Source: Candidatus Moraniibacteriota bacterium (lineage in GTDB: Bacteria > Patescibacteriota > Minisyncoccia > Moranbacterales > UBA2206). Taken from it: a DNA stretch of 64,000 bases. The notes below the pieces were generated by a model, which ran no database searches, had not been told where the DNA came from, and worked only from the letters and a program-made list of their open reading frames with translations. Shown here in pieces: positions 37,474-46,813 of this stretch (the first letter of the stretch is position 1; each line of letters opens with the position of its first letter). The DNA lies in NCBI GenBank assembly GCA_049303795.1, contig JBAQNM010000013.1, positions 78,415 to 142,414 of the forward strand, given 5' to 3'. The translations under genes were made by a program, and so were the position numbers.

Positions 37474-37809
37474 TTAGGCTTTGACTTTCTTCGCTGTTGG
37501 TCTTGCCTTGGCTTTACCTTCAAGTTCTTTTTTAACTTCAATCACAGAAACAATTCTTCTTTCAACGAGTTTTCCTGTGAAAGCGCGAACTTTTTTTGTT
37601 GTGAATTTCACAAGGCCATTTTTTAGTGAAAATAATGTATCATCTTCACCTCGTTTCACATTTTTACCAGGAAAAAACTTTGTTCCGCGTTGACGGATGA
37701 TAATTTGTCCGGTTTCTACTTTTTGATCACCAAAGATTTTCACACCTAATCTTTTAGATATCGAATCTCGTCCAAGTTGGGTAGAACCACCTGCTTTTCT
37801 ATGTGCCAT
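37474..37809 (-). CDS. rpmA: 50S ribosomal protein L27 with Lys-rich C-terminal extension
   Basis: [29 protein letters not shown]...[10 protein letters not shown] matches the L27 consensus. 111 aa versus ~85 typical. Confidence 0.85.
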   Translation of the reverse strand: MAHRKAGGSTQLGRDSISKRLGVKIFGDQKVETGQIIIRQRGTKFFPGKNVKRGEDDTLFSLKNGLVKFTTKKVRAFTGKLVERRIVSVIEVKKELEGKAKARPTAKKVKA

Positions 37810-37876
37810 AGTTGTATTAAAAGGTTATTTTTATTACTCTCAGCATTGTATCAATTTTATGGTATAATGTCAACTA

Positions 37877-38272
37877 ATGGGCAAACTTAAAGAATTTTTA
37901 ATTAAACATGAAATAAAACTGGTACTAACTATCGGATTTGTTTTAGTTGCTTTAATTTCTTTTCAGACTGGCTATTTGGAAGGCAGGAAAGTCCAAGGAA
38001 AATCAATTATCATTGAAAATCCGACTGAAGTTAATATTAATCAGAAACCACCAGAAGGTCAAAATTTGCCCTCAGAAGAAAAAAATAGCACAACTAGCTC
38101 TACTGATCAATCAAAAAACTGTGCTTTTGTAGGGTCAAAAAATTCAAACAAATATCACTTGCCAAATTGCCGTTGGGCAAAAAGTATCAAGCCAGAAAAT
38201 TTAGTTTGCTTTTCTGATGAAAATGATGCAAAATCAAAAGGGTATTTACCAGATAAAAATTGTATAAAATAA
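37877..38272 (+). CDS. Membrane-anchored protein with C-terminal Ada-type Zn-binding-like motif
   Basis: N-terminal TM, low-complexity linker, then C-terminal YHLPNCRWAKSIKPENLVCF...AKSKGYLPDKNC, resembling the Ada metal-binding domain pattern. Confidence 0.4.
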   Translation: MGKLKEFLIKHEIKLVLTIGFVLVALISFQTGYLEGRKVQGKSIIIENPTEVNINQKPPEGQNLPSEEKNSTTSSTDQSKNCAFVGSKNSNKYHLPNCRWAKSIKPENLVCFSDENDAKSKGYLPDKNCIK

Positions 38273-38279
38273 AAAAACT

Positions 38280-38993
38280 ATGAAAAATAACATCATTGTA
38301 GTTTCTCTTGGTGGATCATTGATTGTTCCAAAAGAAATTGATTGGCAGTTTTTGAAGAAATTTCGCGAGCTGATTATTTCTGAAATTAAAAAAGGCAAAC
38401 GATTTGCGATTATCACTGGCGGAGGATATACTTGTCGCGAATATCAACAAGCAGCTATGAAAGTGATCAAACTTGCAAAAGACGATAGGGATTGGCTAGG
38501 GATACATACAAGTCGATTAAATGCACATCTTATCAAAACTATTTTTCGAGCTTATGCCAATCAGAGAATTAACAAAAATCCACGCACTAAGGAAGATTTA
38601 ACGACTCATTTTGCCAATGGAGAGGGGATTATGGTTGCTGCTGGCTGGCGACCAGGTTGGTCTACGGATTATGTTGCCACAATTATTGCGGAAAGGCTGG
38701 GCGCTAAAAAACTTATCAATCTTTCCAATATAAAATATGCTTGCGACAAAGATCCGAAAAAATATCCAGATGCTAAAATAATTAAAGAAATTAATTGGAA
38801 AAATTTTCGTAAAATTGTTGGAAACCGCTGGGATCCAGGACTCAATATGCCCTTCGATCCAGTCGCTTCAAAATTGGCCCAAGAAAACAACCTTGAGGTC
38901 ATCATTGCTGAAGGAAAAAATCTTAAAAATTTGAAAAATATTTTAGAGGAGAAGATGTTTCAAGGGACCGTGATAAAAAATGATATCCAATAA
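38280..38993 (+). CDS. pyrH: Amino-acid-kinase-family protein, probable archaeal-type uridylate kinase
   Basis: 237 aa. N-terminal VVSLGGSLI nucleotide-binding start of the AAK fold. Lies adjacent to pyrG. Confidence 0.55.
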   Translation: MKNNIIVVSLGGSLIVPKEIDWQFLKKFRELIISEIKKGKRFAIITGGGYTCREYQQAAMKVIKLAKDDRDWLGIHTSRLNAHLIKTIFRAYANQRINKNPRTKEDLTTHFANGEGIMVAAGWRPGWSTDYVATIIAERLGAKKLINLSNIKYACDKDPKKYPDAKIIKEINWKNFRKIVGNRWDPGLNMPFDPVASKLAQENNLEVIIAEGKNLKNLKNILEEKMFQGTVIKNDIQ

Positions 38994-39021
38994 ATAAATC
39001 AGCGTTAAATAACATCTTGAC

Positions 39022-39050
39022 AAATAGCACGTTTAGTGCTATTTTTATTT
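39022..39050 (+). terminator. Intrinsic terminator (ATAGCAC-GTTTA-GTGCTAT followed by T-run) after the pyrH-like gene
   Basis: 7-bp perfect stem plus Ts. Confidence 0.55.
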
Positions 39051-39133
39051 GTTGTTCTTTTTTCATGAAAATAGAAACATAGCAAAAGGAATATTTTAAT
39101 TATTTCAATATAATACTAAAAAACGGAGGACTT

Positions 39134-39328
39134 ATGAAATTACAAGAAGTATTAAATCTGTACCAAAAATTTTATTCCGAAGAAGCTAAGCGTTTTTATT
39201 TATCAGAGGAATTGCAAGAAGTTTATGCAAAATTCCTAAATGGCGATGCTGAAATCGACAATCTTGGATTTCTCCATGTCCGAATGTTTGGGAGTTTTAT
39301 AAAAACAAACTTCCGCATTGAAAAATAA
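39134..39328 (+). CDS. Small hypothetical protein (64 aa)
   Basis: ORF with an AGGAGG-like RBS (acggaggac) and a downstream long-stem terminator. Confidence 0.35.
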   Translation: MKLQEVLNLYQKFYSEEAKRFYLSEELQEVYAKFLNGDAEIDNLGFLHVRMFGSFIKTNFRIEK

Positions 39329-39346
39329 GCCTTTTCGGCACTTATA

Positions 39347-39391
39347 ACGGTTACGATTTATACCTTAGTATGAATCGTAGCCGTTTTTTTA
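39347..39391 (+). terminator. Intrinsic terminator (ACGGTTACGATT...AATCGTAGCCGT followed by T7)
   Basis: 12-bp stem with one G-U pair. Confidence 0.6.
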
Positions 39392-39392
39392 T

Positions 39393-39848
39393 TTAGAGAC
39401 TGCTAGTATTTTTATTTTTATACTTCAACAAAAAATAAATCAAGAAATAAAAAACTAAAGCGATAATTCCGGCGGTGATGAGAAAACCGACGATAAGAGG
39501 TAGAACTAATTCGAAAAAAATAATCTTACTCAAGAAAAATTTTAGTCCTAATTTGTAGGTCGAATTAAAATTAGCAATCAATTCTTGCGGATTGGTTTGG
39601 AAGATAAAGGCCCCGACTCCGGCTGAAATTGGCAAAATTACAACTGTAGCCCACATATTAAAAGCTAAAACTCCGGCGGTAGCTGACAAGCGATTAAAAT
39701 GAAAGAGTGAGGCCAAAACCAGAGTGGCTAAAACGCCTTCTCCTGGAATAATGCCTAGAAAAATTCCAAGAGCCGCTCCAGCCGCAATTTTATGCGGAGT
39801 GTCGTCAATGAGAAAGAATTTTTTGAGAAAAGCGCTTATTCTTTTCAT
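39393..39848 (-). CDS. DUF2062-like small polytopic membrane protein
   Basis: 151 aa with 3-4 TM helices, HK..AGAALGIF..IIP pattern. Confidence 0.4.
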   Translation of the reverse strand: MKRISAFLKKFFLIDDTPHKIAAGAALGIFLGIIPGEGVLATLVLASLFHFNRLSATAGVLAFNMWATVVILPISAGVGAFIFQTNPQELIANFNSTYKLGLKFFLSKIIFFELVLPLIVGFLITAGIIALVFYFLIYFLLKYKNKNTSSL

Positions 39849-39872
39849 AATATTTTCATTATAAACAAAATC

Positions 39873-40997
39873 CTAGCCCTTCTTGATGATCAAACTCTTT
39901 GTTTCTTTATCAACCATCTTAGCTTTCTCAATTTCTTTTTTTATTTCACCAGGAAGTGATTCTGAAATATTTTTCAAAGCAGTTTTATCTAATTTCAAAA
40001 CTGCTTGCCACTTTTCTAGTGGTTGAAGTATGCTTTGAATTTTTTCTTCGTCATATTTATAGGTTGTGCGAATACTTCTAGCAATAATTCCACCTTTGCC
40101 AAAAACACGCTCCACGCCTTCTTGTTCCATATAGGTCGTGACGTCTTCTTGAAGTTTAGCCAAGCGATCCTTGGTTAGAGACATAGCTGATTTCAAATCA
40201 ATATATTCTTCGATTATGCTATTAATTTCTTCGTTATCAATCTTGCGTGTTTCCTTGAATTTATGTTTCCACATGGGACAAATATTTTGATAACCACACC
40301 AATCGCAAAGCGGTGAGATATTTGGTTCGAACTTTTTTTCTTCAATCAAGGCTATCGTTTCGAGAAAAGCTGCTTCGTTTTCCTTTAATTGTTCTTCGTT
40401 TCTTTTGGCGGAAAGTTTCACGCCATGTTTTAGATAATATAAACTTACTTTAATATTTTCCAAATTGTTTTTTTCTTCCGGATAGTGAGAAAGAAAAGCT
40501 TGAAGATAGACTGTCAACTGCATGCTATTTTCAACACTTTCTTGGGTTGGCATTTTTTTAGTTGTCTTGTAGTCAATTATTTCAAAGCCATTTTCCGTCC
40601 GATCAATACGATCAATTATTCCAGAAACAATATGCTTATTATCAACTTCTCCGATTTCAATTTGAAAACGTGATTCCAAATTGACAATATTATAGTCGGC
40701 TGGATTGTGTTTTTGATAGTAATCTTGAATAATTTTCACTCCCTGAACGAAAGCAGCCCGTTCTTCCTCAGGAGAAGCAAAAACAGAAGGATTCCAAGTG
40801 TTTGAAAAATATTCCATCGCTTGCTCTAAAGTAGGCGAGAGTATGCCTGGAGTGTGAATAAATTTTAATGTGGAATGTAGGATAGTACCAAAAACAGCCT
40901 CCTTGGATTTCGGAGTTCTAATTTTATCAATTTCTTGAAACTTATACTTCAAAGGGCAGTTTTTGTAAGTTTCAAGGGATGAATATGAAACACGCAT
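39873..40997 (-). CDS. PD-(D/E)XK nuclease (RecB/Cas4-like) with predicted Fe-S cysteine cluster and C-terminal coiled-coil extension
   Basis: 374 aa. Cys14, then IIDRIDRTENGFEIIDYKT (the D...E/D-x-K nuclease core), then CDWCGYQNIC. Confidence 0.55.
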   Translation of the reverse strand: MRVSYSSLETYKNCPLKYKFQEIDKIRTPKSKEAVFGTILHSTLKFIHTPGILSPTLEQAMEYFSNTWNPSVFASPEEERAAFVQGVKIIQDYYQKHNPADYNIVNLESRFQIEIGEVDNKHIVSGIIDRIDRTENGFEIIDYKTTKKMPTQESVENSMQLTVYLQAFLSHYPEEKNNLENIKVSLYYLKHGVKLSAKRNEEQLKENEAAFLETIALIEEKKFEPNISPLCDWCGYQNICPMWKHKFKETRKIDNEEINSIIEEYIDLKSAMSLTKDRLAKLQEDVTTYMEQEGVERVFGKGGIIARSIRTTYKYDEEKIQSILQPLEKWQAVLKLDKTALKNISESLPGEIKKEIEKAKMVDKETKSLIIKKG

Positions 40998-41052
40998 AAA
41001 ATAGATTTTAAAAGCTAGTTAACTTTAATATTATAGCATTTTTATTTAAAAT

Positions 41053-41080
41053 TTGACAGAAATCACAAAAACGTTATAAT
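41053..41080 (+). promoter_or_regulatory. Sigma70-like promoter (TTGACA, 16 nt spacer, TATAAT) for the iscR-iscS-iscU operon
   Basis: -35 at 41053-41058 and -10 at 41075-41080. Confidence 0.5.
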
Positions 41081-41114
41081 TAAAGCATACTAAAGTAGTA
41101 GGATATTAAACGCT

Positions 41115-41504
41115 ATGAAGTTTTCTACAAAAGCAGAGTATGGTCTTCGAGCAATGGTCAATCTGGCCGGCTGTTTTCCTGAGCTAAAAAATATTAAAAA
41201 TATCTCACAAGAAGAAAAAATTTCAGCTAAATATCTGGAAAGATTAATCGGAGAATTGCGAGAAAAAAATTTATTAAAAAGTTTGAAAGGGAAAAATGGG
41301 GGATACGTTCTAGCGCGAAAACCTCAAGAGATAACCGCTGGAGAAATTATCGAAACTATGGAAGGTCCGATGGTACCAAAATGTTATGGTAATCAATGCA
41401 CTCACATGAAAGATTGCGCCTCGAGTTTTGTTTGGATAAAACTAGGCGAACAAATTAAAAAAACTTTATATGGAATTAAACTAAGTGATTTAATTAAAAA
41501 ATAA
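41115..41504 (+). CDS. iscR: Rrf2-family transcriptional regulator (IscR-like, three-Cys cluster ligands)
   Basis: 129 aa. N-terminal wHTH (KAEYGLRAMVNLA) and CYGNQCTHMKDC. Confidence 0.8.
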   Translation: MKFSTKAEYGLRAMVNLAGCFPELKNIKNISQEEKISAKYLERLIGELREKNLLKSLKGKNGGYVLARKPQEITAGEIIETMEGPMVPKCYGNQCTHMKDCASSFVWIKLGEQIKKTLYGIKLSDLIKK

Positions 41505-41508
41505 TATT

Positions 41509-42711
41509 ATGAAAAAATCAATCTATTTAGACTATGCGGCAACCACCCCAGTGGACAAAAAAGTATTAAAAGAAATGTTGCCCTACTTCAATGAAAATTA
41601 TGGCAACGCGTCTTCGCTTCATTTTTTTGGCCAAGAAGCATCGCAGGCTGTGGAAAAAGCCAGACTGCAAGTCGCTGATTTTTTTGGCGCCCAACCTCAG
41701 GAAATTATTTTTACCAGCGGAGCAACAGAGTCAAATAACTTGGCTATAAAAGGAGTGGATAAAGCTTATTTTAAAAAAGAGAAAAAGAAACCGCATGTAA
41801 TCACAACTTCATTTGAACATCATTGCGTTCTAGATACCATTAAAAAATTAGAAAAAGAAAATTTAATTGAGGCCACTTTTATAAATCCAGAAAGGGATGG
41901 GATTATAGATATCAATGATATAAAAAACGCACTCAAATCAAATACTCTTTTGGTTTCTGTGATGTATGTAAATAATGAAATTGGCACAGTGCAACCAATC
42001 GCGGAAATCGGAAAGATGTTGAAAGAATATAATTCAAAAATAATTTTTCATACTGATGCGACGCAAGCAGTTAATTATTTTGATTGCAACGTCGAAAAAT
42101 TAGGTGTGGATTTACTTTCGATGTCAGCCCATAAAATCTATGGACCAAAAGGCGTTGGGGTTCTTTATGTCAAAAAAGGGCTTAATATAGCCAAAATTCA
42201 AGATGGTGGAGCGCAAGAATTTGGATTACGCGCAGGTACGCTAAATGTTCCAGGAATAGTTGGACTTGGAAAAGCAATTGAACTAGTCGAAAAAGGAAAA
42301 TCAAAAAATAAAAACATAGAGGAGCTAAGAGATTATTTTATAAATAAAATATTAAAAGAAATTCCAGATTCAGTTTTGAATGGATCGAAAATAAAAAGGT
42401 CACCCAATAATATTAATGTAAATTTTTTGCGAGTTGAAGGGGAGAGTCTGCTTATGATGCTTTCGGCAAACGGGATTTTTGTTTCAACTGGTTCAGCTTG
42501 CTCGTCTGGTTCACTTTCACCATCTCATGTTCTTCTTGCTCTCGGATTGAAGCCGGAAGAAACACATGGATCACTTCGACTAACACTAGGAAAAAATACT
42601 ACTAAAAAAGAAATTGATTCTGCCGTAAAGATAATAAAAAAATCAGTTGAACAATTAAGAAATATTTCCGGCAATGTTTTAAGTGATTATTATTTAAATA
42701 ATAAAAAATAA
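41509..42711 (+). CDS. iscS: Cysteine desulfurase (class V aminotransferase, IscS/NifS)
   Basis: 400 aa. The PLP lysine (SAHKIYGPKG) and catalytic Cys loop (SACSSG) are present. Confidence 0.9.
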   Translation: MKKSIYLDYAATTPVDKKVLKEMLPYFNENYGNASSLHFFGQEASQAVEKARLQVADFFGAQPQEIIFTSGATESNNLAIKGVDKAYFKKEKKKPHVITTSFEHHCVLDTIKKLEKENLIEATFINPERDGIIDINDIKNALKSNTLLVSVMYVNNEIGTVQPIAEIGKMLKEYNSKIIFHTDATQAVNYFDCNVEKLGVDLLSMSAHKIYGPKGVGVLYVKKGLNIAKIQDGGAQEFGLRAGTLNVPGIVGLGKAIELVEKGKSKNKNIEELRDYFINKILKEIPDSVLNGSKIKRSPNNINVNFLRVEGESLLMMLSANGIFVSTGSACSSGSLSPSHVLLALGLKPEETHGSLRLTLGKNTTKKEIDSAVKIIKKSVEQLRNISGNVLSDYYLNNKK

Positions 42712-42715
42712 ATTT

Positions 42716-43096
42716 ATGTATAGCAAAAAAGTATTAGAACACTTTACCAAACCCCATAATCAAGGAGCAATAAAAAATCCAAGTGGCGTTGGTATGGTTG
42801 GTAATCCAACTTGCGGAGATTTGATGAAAATTTATATCAAAGTAAAAAAAGATTCCAAAAAGAGGGAAGTGATAAGCGACATTAAATTTGAGACGCTAGG
42901 ATGCGCTAGCGCAATTGCGACCTCATCTATGATCACTGATTTAGCAAAAAACAAGACTTTGGAAGACGCATTGAAAATTACACGAAATGATGTGGCCGAA
43001 GCGCTTGAAGGTTTGCCACCACTAAAGATGCATTGTTCAAATCTAGCCAGCGAGGCATTAAGTGAGGCGATACAAGACTATCAAAAGAAAAAATAA
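42716..43096 (+). CDS. iscU: Fe-S cluster assembly scaffold (IscU/NifU-like)
   Basis: 126 aa. Three conserved Cys: GNPTCGD, LGCASA, HCSNLA. Confidence 0.9.
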   Translation: MYSKKVLEHFTKPHNQGAIKNPSGVGMVGNPTCGDLMKIYIKVKKDSKKREVISDIKFETLGCASAIATSSMITDLAKNKTLEDALKITRNDVAEALEGLPPLKMHCSNLASEALSEAIQDYQKKK

Positions 43097-43524
43097 GAAT
43101 TTATTTTATTTTTATTTAGTTATATTAAAAATAACAAAATATTTTTTCTTCTTCAAAAATAATAAATTTAGATAGGGAAGGGTGGTTTTTGAAATACTGA
43201 GCGTGTCGCACAAGGTAACTTTTGCGACATTGCTAGGCTTTTGAAGTGCCCGCCTGTTGCGAGCTTTGATGTTCTTGCCTACATCGCGGACTATCTGAAA
43301 GGATTAAATCGCTTTGATTATAAACTTAAAGCTTATTCTTGGGAACGCTACTTTATGCTTATCAATATTACTCCGTTAAAAGCTCTTGAGATTTATTGCT
43401 TTAGTTTAATTTATTAATATTTTAAATTACTAATACATCTACCCCTTAATATTAATCAAATCTTCTCCTAGCTTAAATTTGAGGCTAGTTTTTTTTATGA
43501 TTATAAAAAATATAAAAACATATT

Positions 43525-44871
43525 CTAATTATTATATATAATCATTTGATCAACTGACGTCCCACTATCAACTCCTAGTTTTCCCACCAGGGCTCGAGAG
43601 GTTCCCAGGTAAAGATTAGCACCAAAATATGGATCATGCACAATATAATCTTTATTATCTTTGCCAGTAATTACAACATAATGACCACCTCTCCCGTTAC
43701 TTTTTTTAATATGAACGATCACTGGATTTCCCTTGGAAATCTGAGTGTCAATGGTCGACTTACTATAATTACCATGGGAAGTAGAAGACACTAATTTAAT
43801 TCCAGGATCCCAAGCAGTTGGCCACTTAATTAAGTCGCCGGAAAATATTTTTTGTTTCGCCATTTTACCAGGATCGATATTCGATCCATTTTTTCTAAAT
43901 ATCATTGATACGGACGTAACTGCGCATCCCCAATCTTTCATTGATGACCTTGAATTACCAATTGTTGTATTGCCCCAGCGTGAATCTTTTTGTGAAAAAT
44001 ACCAGCTAGTAGAAGCTAGGTTTTTAGAAGGTTTCGGATAACTATTAACACTCGAACTAACCTCATCGATATTACTAGCGGAGCTAAAATTAAACAGTTC
44101 TGATTTTTGAGTTTCAATATGAGCAAGCATTTGTTGATACTTCGCTTCCTCTCCTTGTGTTTGAATAAGCAAGTTTGTTTTTTGATTCTCAGTTGCTTGC
44201 AGACTATTTTTTTTATCTAATAAATCTAATTTTATTTCATCACTCGCTTCCTTTTTCTGATTCAATTCGTTTTGATCATTTATGAGTTCTTGTTTTGTAT
44301 TTGTAATTTCGATCAGTACGTCAGATACTTTTGTGCCAGATTGTCCAATATAATCAGATTGACTTAAAATATCAGAAAAGTTACCGTCCGTTAGCATTAT
44401 TGATAAAACTCCTTGCTGATCATAATCATAATAAGCTTGCATTAAATTTGCTAAAATTATTTTTTGATAACTCAACATGGCTTCTTTATTTTTAATGTCC
44501 TTGGATATACTTTCGATTTGCTGTTCTAATGTTTGAACTTGTTTTTGAGTTTCTTGCAGTTGTGCCAGCGTCTTTATTTGCTCATTATTAATATTATTTA
44601 ATTGATCTGCTAGCACGCCTTGCTGTTTATTTTTTAACTGTATCATTTTTTCATAAATCGCTGCTTTTTTTTCTAAATCTTCACAATTTTTTTCACAGGT
44701 ACTTTCATTTTTTGCATCATTGGGATATTTGCCATAACTTAGAAAATAATTTTTACAATCATCTTCACAATCGCTGGCTTGTATTTTTCCAAAATTTAAA
44801 AAAGTAAAAATAAAAATTACTATAATAAAGAATATTGATTTTATAATATTTTTTAGCCTTTTATTTATCAT
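43525..44871 (-). CDS. Secreted coiled-coil protein with C-terminal C39-like (papain-fold) peptidase domain; putative cell-wall hydrolase
   Basis: 448 aa. N-terminal TM/signal, ~250 aa of Q/N/L-rich coiled coil, then DWGCAVTSVSMIF...GGHYVVITG...VHDPY, typical of the Peptidase_C39_2 family. Confidence 0.55.
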   Translation of the reverse strand: MINKRLKNIIKSIFFIIVIFIFTFLNFGKIQASDCEDDCKNYFLSYGKYPNDAKNESTCEKNCEDLEKKAAIYEKMIQLKNKQQGVLADQLNNINNEQIKTLAQLQETQKQVQTLEQQIESISKDIKNKEAMLSYQKIILANLMQAYYDYDQQGVLSIMLTDGNFSDILSQSDYIGQSGTKVSDVLIEITNTKQELINDQNELNQKKEASDEIKLDLLDKKNSLQATENQKTNLLIQTQGEEAKYQQMLAHIETQKSELFNFSSASNIDEVSSSVNSYPKPSKNLASTSWYFSQKDSRWGNTTIGNSRSSMKDWGCAVTSVSMIFRKNGSNIDPGKMAKQKIFSGDLIKWPTAWDPGIKLVSSTSHGNYSKSTIDTQISKGNPVIVHIKKSNGRGGHYVVITGKDNKDYIVHDPYFGANLYLGTSRALVGKLGVDSGTSVDQMIIYNN

Positions 44872-44876
44872 TGATT

Positions 44877-46382
44877 TTAACCTCGTATTATTAAATTTAT
44901 GGCATTTTTAATTCTTTCTAAACTTTCACTTTTTCCCAAAACCCAAGCGCATTCAAAAGGTGATGGTGATTTTTGTGCACCTGTTAATGCTGCGCGTAAA
45001 GGCCAAAGTAGCTCTCCCCTATTTTCTCCAGCCGTTTCTATTAGGATTTTTTCCAGATTTTCTCGCGTCCAATTTTCTTGTGAAATATTTTCAAAAACGC
45101 TTGAGGATTTTTCCAATGATTTTTTCAAATCTTCATCATTCATATTTTTCCAGCGCAAAAGTTCTTTGTTGAGATTTGCGTCGTGAAAAAAGAACTGGTT
45201 ACTCTCCCCCACTTCAGATAAATTTACAAGACGATCCTGTTCGATTGATAAAAATTTTTTGACATATTCTTCGGATTTTTTTTCTTCGCTAGCATTTTTA
45301 TAAAATTCTTTTTCCACTAAAAATTCCAAAGATTTTTCATATAATTCTTCAAGGGAAAGTTTTTTGATCCATTGTGAGTTTATCCAATCTAATTTTTTAA
45401 TATCAAAAACTGCGCCCGCCTTGTGAACATGCAACAAGTCAAATTTTTCCACTAATTCGTCGAGCGTGAAAATTTCTTGTGTTTCTCCTGATCCAGGATT
45501 CCAACCCAACATTGCCACAAAATTAATTATTGCTTCTTTGAGATAGCCTTTCTTAATATAATCTTCCACCGCAACATCGCCTTGACGCTTGGAAAGTTTG
45601 GATTTGTCGGGATTAAGAAGAAGTGGTAAATGAGCAACTTCCGGAATTTTCCAGCCAAAATTTTCATAGAGTTGAATATATTTAGGTGTACTGGAGACAT
45701 ATTCTTCTCCACGAAAAACATGAGAAATTTCCATCAAATGATCGTCAACTACATTAGCGAAATTATAGGTTGGATAGCCGTCAGATTTCAAGAGGATCTG
45801 ATCATCCAAAAGATCATTTTTTATCTCGACTTTTCCACGAATTAAATCATTAAATATGGTTGATCCCTCGATATTTATTTTTTGTCGAATGACATATTTT
45901 TCTCCGGCGCTTATTCTTTTATTAATTTCATCTTGAGATAATTCAAAACAATGTCGATCATAAATCGGCGCTTTTTTTTGTGACAACTGAACCTGACGCA
46001 TTTCCTCAAGCCTTTCTGTTGTGCAAAAACAATAATAAGCATGTCCGCTTTTTACTAATTCTTCGACATATTTTTTATAAATTTCTAGTCTTTGTGATTG
46101 CGTGTATGGTCCAAAATCTCCTTTTTCTATGATCTTGCCATCTTCAAAATAGACTCCTTCTGTGTATTCAAACCCAGCCCATCTTATGATGGCTACTAAT
46201 TTTTCCAGAGCATCCTCGACTTGTCTTTTTCGATCCGTATCCTCAATGCGCAAGATAAAATCACCGCCGTTTTTTTTGGCAAAAAGATATCCATACAGAG
46301 CTGTTCGAAAGTTTCCGATGTGCATATAGCCTGTTGGTGATGGCGCAAATCTAGTTCTGATTTTGTTCATAAATTTAAACAA
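44877..46382 (-). CDS. gltX: Glutamyl-tRNA synthetase
   Basis: Class I HIGH (PSPTGYMHIGN) and KMSKS (KLSKR) motifs. 501 aa. Confidence 0.9.
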   Translation of the reverse strand: MFKFMNKIRTRFAPSPTGYMHIGNFRTALYGYLFAKKNGGDFILRIEDTDRKRQVEDALEKLVAIIRWAGFEYTEGVYFEDGKIIEKGDFGPYTQSQRLEIYKKYVEELVKSGHAYYCFCTTERLEEMRQVQLSQKKAPIYDRHCFELSQDEINKRISAGEKYVIRQKINIEGSTIFNDLIRGKVEIKNDLLDDQILLKSDGYPTYNFANVVDDHLMEISHVFRGEEYVSSTPKYIQLYENFGWKIPEVAHLPLLLNPDKSKLSKRQGDVAVEDYIKKGYLKEAIINFVAMLGWNPGSGETQEIFTLDELVEKFDLLHVHKAGAVFDIKKLDWINSQWIKKLSLEELYEKSLEFLVEKEFYKNASEEKKSEEYVKKFLSIEQDRLVNLSEVGESNQFFFHDANLNKELLRWKNMNDEDLKKSLEKSSSVFENISQENWTRENLEKILIETAGENRGELLWPLRAALTGAQKSPSPFECAWVLGKSESLERIKNAINLIIRG

Positions 46383-46602
46383 TTTCTTTTTCCTCTTTAT
46401 CTTTTTTAATTATTATCCAGTGAAGAAGACAAATTGGTAGGGCGACAAGAAGCATTGTGAATGAGTCGACATAGTTTGTTTGTCTTTCTCTTTTATAACA
46501 AATATCACCGGAATTATTTTCTTTCCAGTTTTTATAATCAACCAGAAGAGATGCTAGCTGATCTTTTTGTTCTTGAGTTGTTATTTCACTATCTTTTTCA
46601 TT

Positions 46603-46809
46603 TTATATGTACTTGGAAGCTGTAAGCTCATACATCGGAGGCTCATTTCTGCACATTCCATACCCTCCTTTTTCCGCTTCTGGAAAAACATATGCCTTTA
46701 GGGTCGTGTTTATAATTCTTCCTGCTCCAACAGCTACGAAAATAAGGCTGATAAGTGCTGCCAGATACAAATAAATTGATCGAACTAATCTTGTTGTTTT
46801 TGTTGTCAT
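46603..46809 (-). CDS. Small membrane protein (68 aa), hypothetical. The same frame stays open for 63 more codons past its TAA.
   Basis: N-terminal TM helix. Confidence 0.3.
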   Translation of the reverse strand: MTTKTTRLVRSIYLYLAALISLIFVAVGAGRIINTTLKAYVFPEAEKGGYGMCRNEPPMYELTASKYI

Positions 46810-46813
46810 AAAT

